Positions 61,479 through 64,000 of a stretch of DNA of 64,000 bases are shown piece after piece; the first letter of the stretch is position 1, and each line of letters starts with the position of its first letter. Under the pieces are notes generated by a model, which was not told the origin of the DNA, did not search any database, and saw only the letters and a program-made list of their open reading frames with translations. The stretch is from Nitrospirota bacterium (GTDB lineage: Bacteria > Nitrospirota > UBA9217): positions 131,886 to 195,885 of the forward strand of contig CAVWHO010000014.1 in NCBI GenBank assembly GCA_963754875.1, given 5' to 3'. The position numbers and the translations under genes were made by a program.

Positions 61479-63257
61479 CTATGATTTTTTAGACGCTTTC
61501 GTCAGCTGTCTGCGAAAAAGCGCATATTCCAGAGCAATGCCCGCTTGCAGGGAAAGGATCTCGAGCATATCGAGCCGCACAGGGGACGCCTCTTTCTGCC
61601 CGAAATCCCCGTATATCATTGCTACGACCTTGCGATCGCTTATCAAGGGCAGCAGGACGATGGCGGGACGCAACGGCTTGCCTATTCCTGTAAAAAAAGT
61701 CCTGAGCGTTTCATCGCTGCTCTCTCCGTAATAGACCCGCCCTTTTTCGATAACGTCCCGGAAAACCGAAGGCTTTGAAAGCGGGATCTTCAGCCTGTCC
61801 GCCGGAGTCGGCCCCATGCTTTTTTCGGAACTGATCCCTATGGCTCGTTCACCGATCAATTCCGAAGCACGGACGACAAGCGTGACCGCGCGTTCGAACA
61901 TCTCGGAAACAGCCGTGAGAACCACCCGCGGCGCATCGGAAGGAATCGTGATCTTGCTCAGCGATGTGATGCCTTCTTTCAGTTTCTTACCGTAGATATC
62001 GGCATCATCGAGTCCATACTGAAAACTCTTGACATACGACATGAACGCGTCGAGGAACTTTATCGTGTCCTGGATGTACGTTTCTCTCCGGTTTTCTTTC
62101 AACGGCTTCGGGAGAACAGCCCTCACGCCGTCACGGTACGATTGAAGGATGAAATCACTATCCTGAGGAGAGGCGAATTGGATCACGGGAACCGCAGAGT
62201 ACTTTCCGCTCACCTCTTTCCTCAGGCCTGCGATTTTTTCCCTGGAAAACCCGCCTTCCGCTTGCACGGGATTGTCGAAGACAACGAGAGGCATTCTCCC
62301 GGAAAGGAGGCACTGCGATACCATCCGGTCGAGCTCCTTTTCGTCGTCGGTCGCAAATACGAGTACCCCCTCATCGCTGCAGAGCGACATGACCGCATGA
62401 CTGATCAGCGCATCACAGCTGAACATGACGACAGCCTTGCTCGCCTGCTTCGCCCGCGCATCGGGCGCAGCCTTGCGGTCTGCGGATTTTCTCAGAAAAG
62501 AAACAAATGCCTCCTGCTCTTCGAAAGAGAAGCCCGGGAGCAATTCCTTTATTTCCTGGCGATGGATTGCGACCGGATCAAAGATTTCCATTTCAGAAAC
62601 AGGGCGGGGTATTTTCTTCTCAAGCCGGTCGACGTCGGCAAGCCCGAGATCATCCGCAGTAATTGTCGAACGTTCTCCTTTTGTTTCACCGGCGCTTTCC
62701 TTGGGAAGGACATCGGTATAGAGCGCCTCAGAGGAAGGGACTTTATTTCCGGTGGCGCGGTCACGTTCCCGCTCGTCTATGATGCGAAGTGCATCCATCA
62801 AAACCATCTGGGTATCAACTTCCAGATCCTGCGCTCCTTTGGAAGAAACGACAATCGTATCCATGTCGAACGTAAAGGTGCCCTTCGTCCAGCTCATCAG
62901 CTCAACGATCGTAATCTCGACAAGCTTTTTCAATCCTCTGAGAGCGTCTTCCTGCTTCAGCTTACCCATTTCTATCAACGTAGCAATAAGCGGGATGCTT
63001 TTTTTATACGTATTCTTCTTGGCGCCCAATGCCTGCTTGAGATCGTCAAGGGTTATGGCGCCCGTCTTTACCAGGACGGTCCCGATGCGGACGCTGTTGT
63101 TAATATGATTTGCACCGACAATAGATCCGTTTCTGAAAACAAGCGTGCTCTCCCCCTTGCCCCCCTGAACGGAAAAAATGCCCGACTTCCGCGTTGTGTG
63201 GATCAACTGGATAATGTCTACTACAGGCAGATGTTCTAAATCTCCGGTAAACGCCAT
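61479..63257 (-). CDS. DUF4388 (PatA-N) domain protein with receiver-like and GAF-like regions
   Basis: FTGDLEHL..VDIIQL....KSG, W..G.F.F, LMDALR..DE, C-terminal LLPL....VVA.IYGD. Confidence 0.8.
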   Translation of the reverse strand: MAFTGDLEHLPVVDIIQLIHTTRKSGIFSVQGGKGESTLVFRNGSIVGANHINNSVRIGTVLVKTGAITLDDLKQALGAKKNTYKKSIPLIATLIEMGKLKQEDALRGLKKLVEITIVELMSWTKGTFTFDMDTIVVSSKGAQDLEVDTQMVLMDALRIIDERERDRATGNKVPSSEALYTDVLPKESAGETKGERSTITADDLGLADVDRLEKKIPRPVSEMEIFDPVAIHRQEIKELLPGFSFEEQEAFVSFLRKSADRKAAPDARAKQASKAVVMFSCDALISHAVMSLCSDEGVLVFATDDEKELDRMVSQCLLSGRMPLVVFDNPVQAEGGFSREKIAGLRKEVSGKYSAVPVIQFASPQDSDFILQSYRDGVRAVLPKPLKENRRETYIQDTIKFLDAFMSYVKSFQYGLDDADIYGKKLKEGITSLSKITIPSDAPRVVLTAVSEMFERAVTLVVRASELIGERAIGISSEKSMGPTPADRLKIPLSKPSVFRDVIEKGRVYYGESSDETLRTFFTGIGKPLRPAIVLLPLISDRKVVAMIYGDFGQKEASPVRLDMLEILSLQAGIALEYALFRRQLTKASKKS

Positions 63258-63489
63258 GGGGTAATTGTCCCTCGGGGGTGCTGAAATATCAGCTGAGATT
63301 GCACAAGTTTTATAAAGTCCGAAGGGCTTCGCTCAGTGAATTTGAACTCGTCCTCAGCCGGATAATCGGGCAACCTTTGGCCCGAAGTGCGGCACTCTTA
63401 AACTATATAGTAGGATATTATATTATGATAGGGGATTAGAAGCAAGTGCCCTTCTCAAAACATTTAAGAATAAACAAGAATAAGATTTT

Positions 63490-63542
63490 AGGGACAGGTC
63501 TATGAGGTCGAGAGGAAAGGCAAGCAGTATAGACCTGCCCCT
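63490..63542. repeat. REP-like inverted repeat
   Basis: AGGGACAGGTCTAT ... ATAGACCTGCCCCT. Confidence 0.55.
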
Positions 63543-63770
63543 GAGACGTTTACAATTCCGAGTAAGCAAAAAATAAGGGAGAGGACGTTTTTTTAACTTT
63601 TGTAGCCCGCTGAAGCATCTTCAGCGATGTGATTCATAAAGGTGGCCCGGCGCGCATTGCGGCTGCGCAACCAGCGGCTGGTAACCTCTAAGAGTCTTTC
63701 AAGAAAATTTGGAGGGACATCCTAGAGACCCCCTGCCGCAGCAAGCGCGCGCTCAACTGCGAGAGACGCG

Positions 63771-64000
63771 CTATTTCTTATCGAGCACTTCACGGACTTT
63801 TTGGAGCAATTTGGCAGGTGAGAGAGGCTTGAGGACCAATTCCAGCCCGCTATCGAGAATTCCCCTGGTGTTGACGATGTTTGCCGTGTAGCCGCTGGTA
63901 AAGAGCGCCTTCATGCCAGGCCGTATTTTTATCAGCTCCTGATACAATTCATTCCCGTTCTTCCTCGGCATGATAATATCGCTCACCAGCAGGTCGATGT
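63771..64000 (-). CDS. C-terminal receiver domain (hybrid kinase or response regulator), partial
   Basis: IDLLVSDIIMP..NG, LFTSGY, KP, KVREVLD. Confidence 0.85.
   Translation of the reverse strand, partial: IDLLVSDIIMPRKNGNELYQELIKIRPGMKALFTSGYTANIVNTRGILDSGLELVLKPLSPAKLLQKVREVLDKK

Noticed and set aside
405..63239. Long antisense or overlapping ORFs (e.g. 405-1259, 4155-5159, 35547-36473, 40073-41077, 62142-63239)
   Set aside because: Shadows of GC-rich real genes, with no recognisable motifs.

Overview
Bacterial window; my guess from gene content alone is a Nitrospirota- or deltaproteobacterium-like organism. Positions 1-30.2 kb hold an exosortase/PEP-CTERM-associated exopolysaccharide locus. 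It contains a chain-length regulator end, a tyrosine autokinase, a priming sugar transferase, a WbpA/B/D/E/I-like nucleotide-sugar set, GT2s, GNATs, deacetylase-like genes, Wzy- and Wzx-like genes, an exosortase and two tiny PEP-CTERM genes, with a visibly AT-rich core. The rest is a mixed accessory region: an Ig-repeat lipoprotein, TA loci, Lhr helicase, CheR, USP, a heme-sensor kinase, HNH, MsrA, a lipase, a TPR protein, a ferredoxin, a DUF3365 cytochrome and PilT. Most notable: (i) at 34.0-35.5 kb three intact antitoxin-like genes of three families each lose their toxin after 5-10 codons, two of them at the same palindrome-headed ~145 bp direct repeat; (ii) a ~450 bp highly structured non-coding element in three copies, with a compensatory base change; (iii) an MsrA with an in-frame TGA at the catalytic position and a downstream hairpin, i.e. 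a probable selenoprotein; (iv) a duplicated unit of dehydrogenase 3' end, leader and micro-PEP-CTERM gene; (v) six +1 frameshifts in four genes that look like sequencing artefacts. I saw no rRNA, tRNA, CRISPR array or intact transposase/integrase. All family calls come from motif recognition, not database searches.
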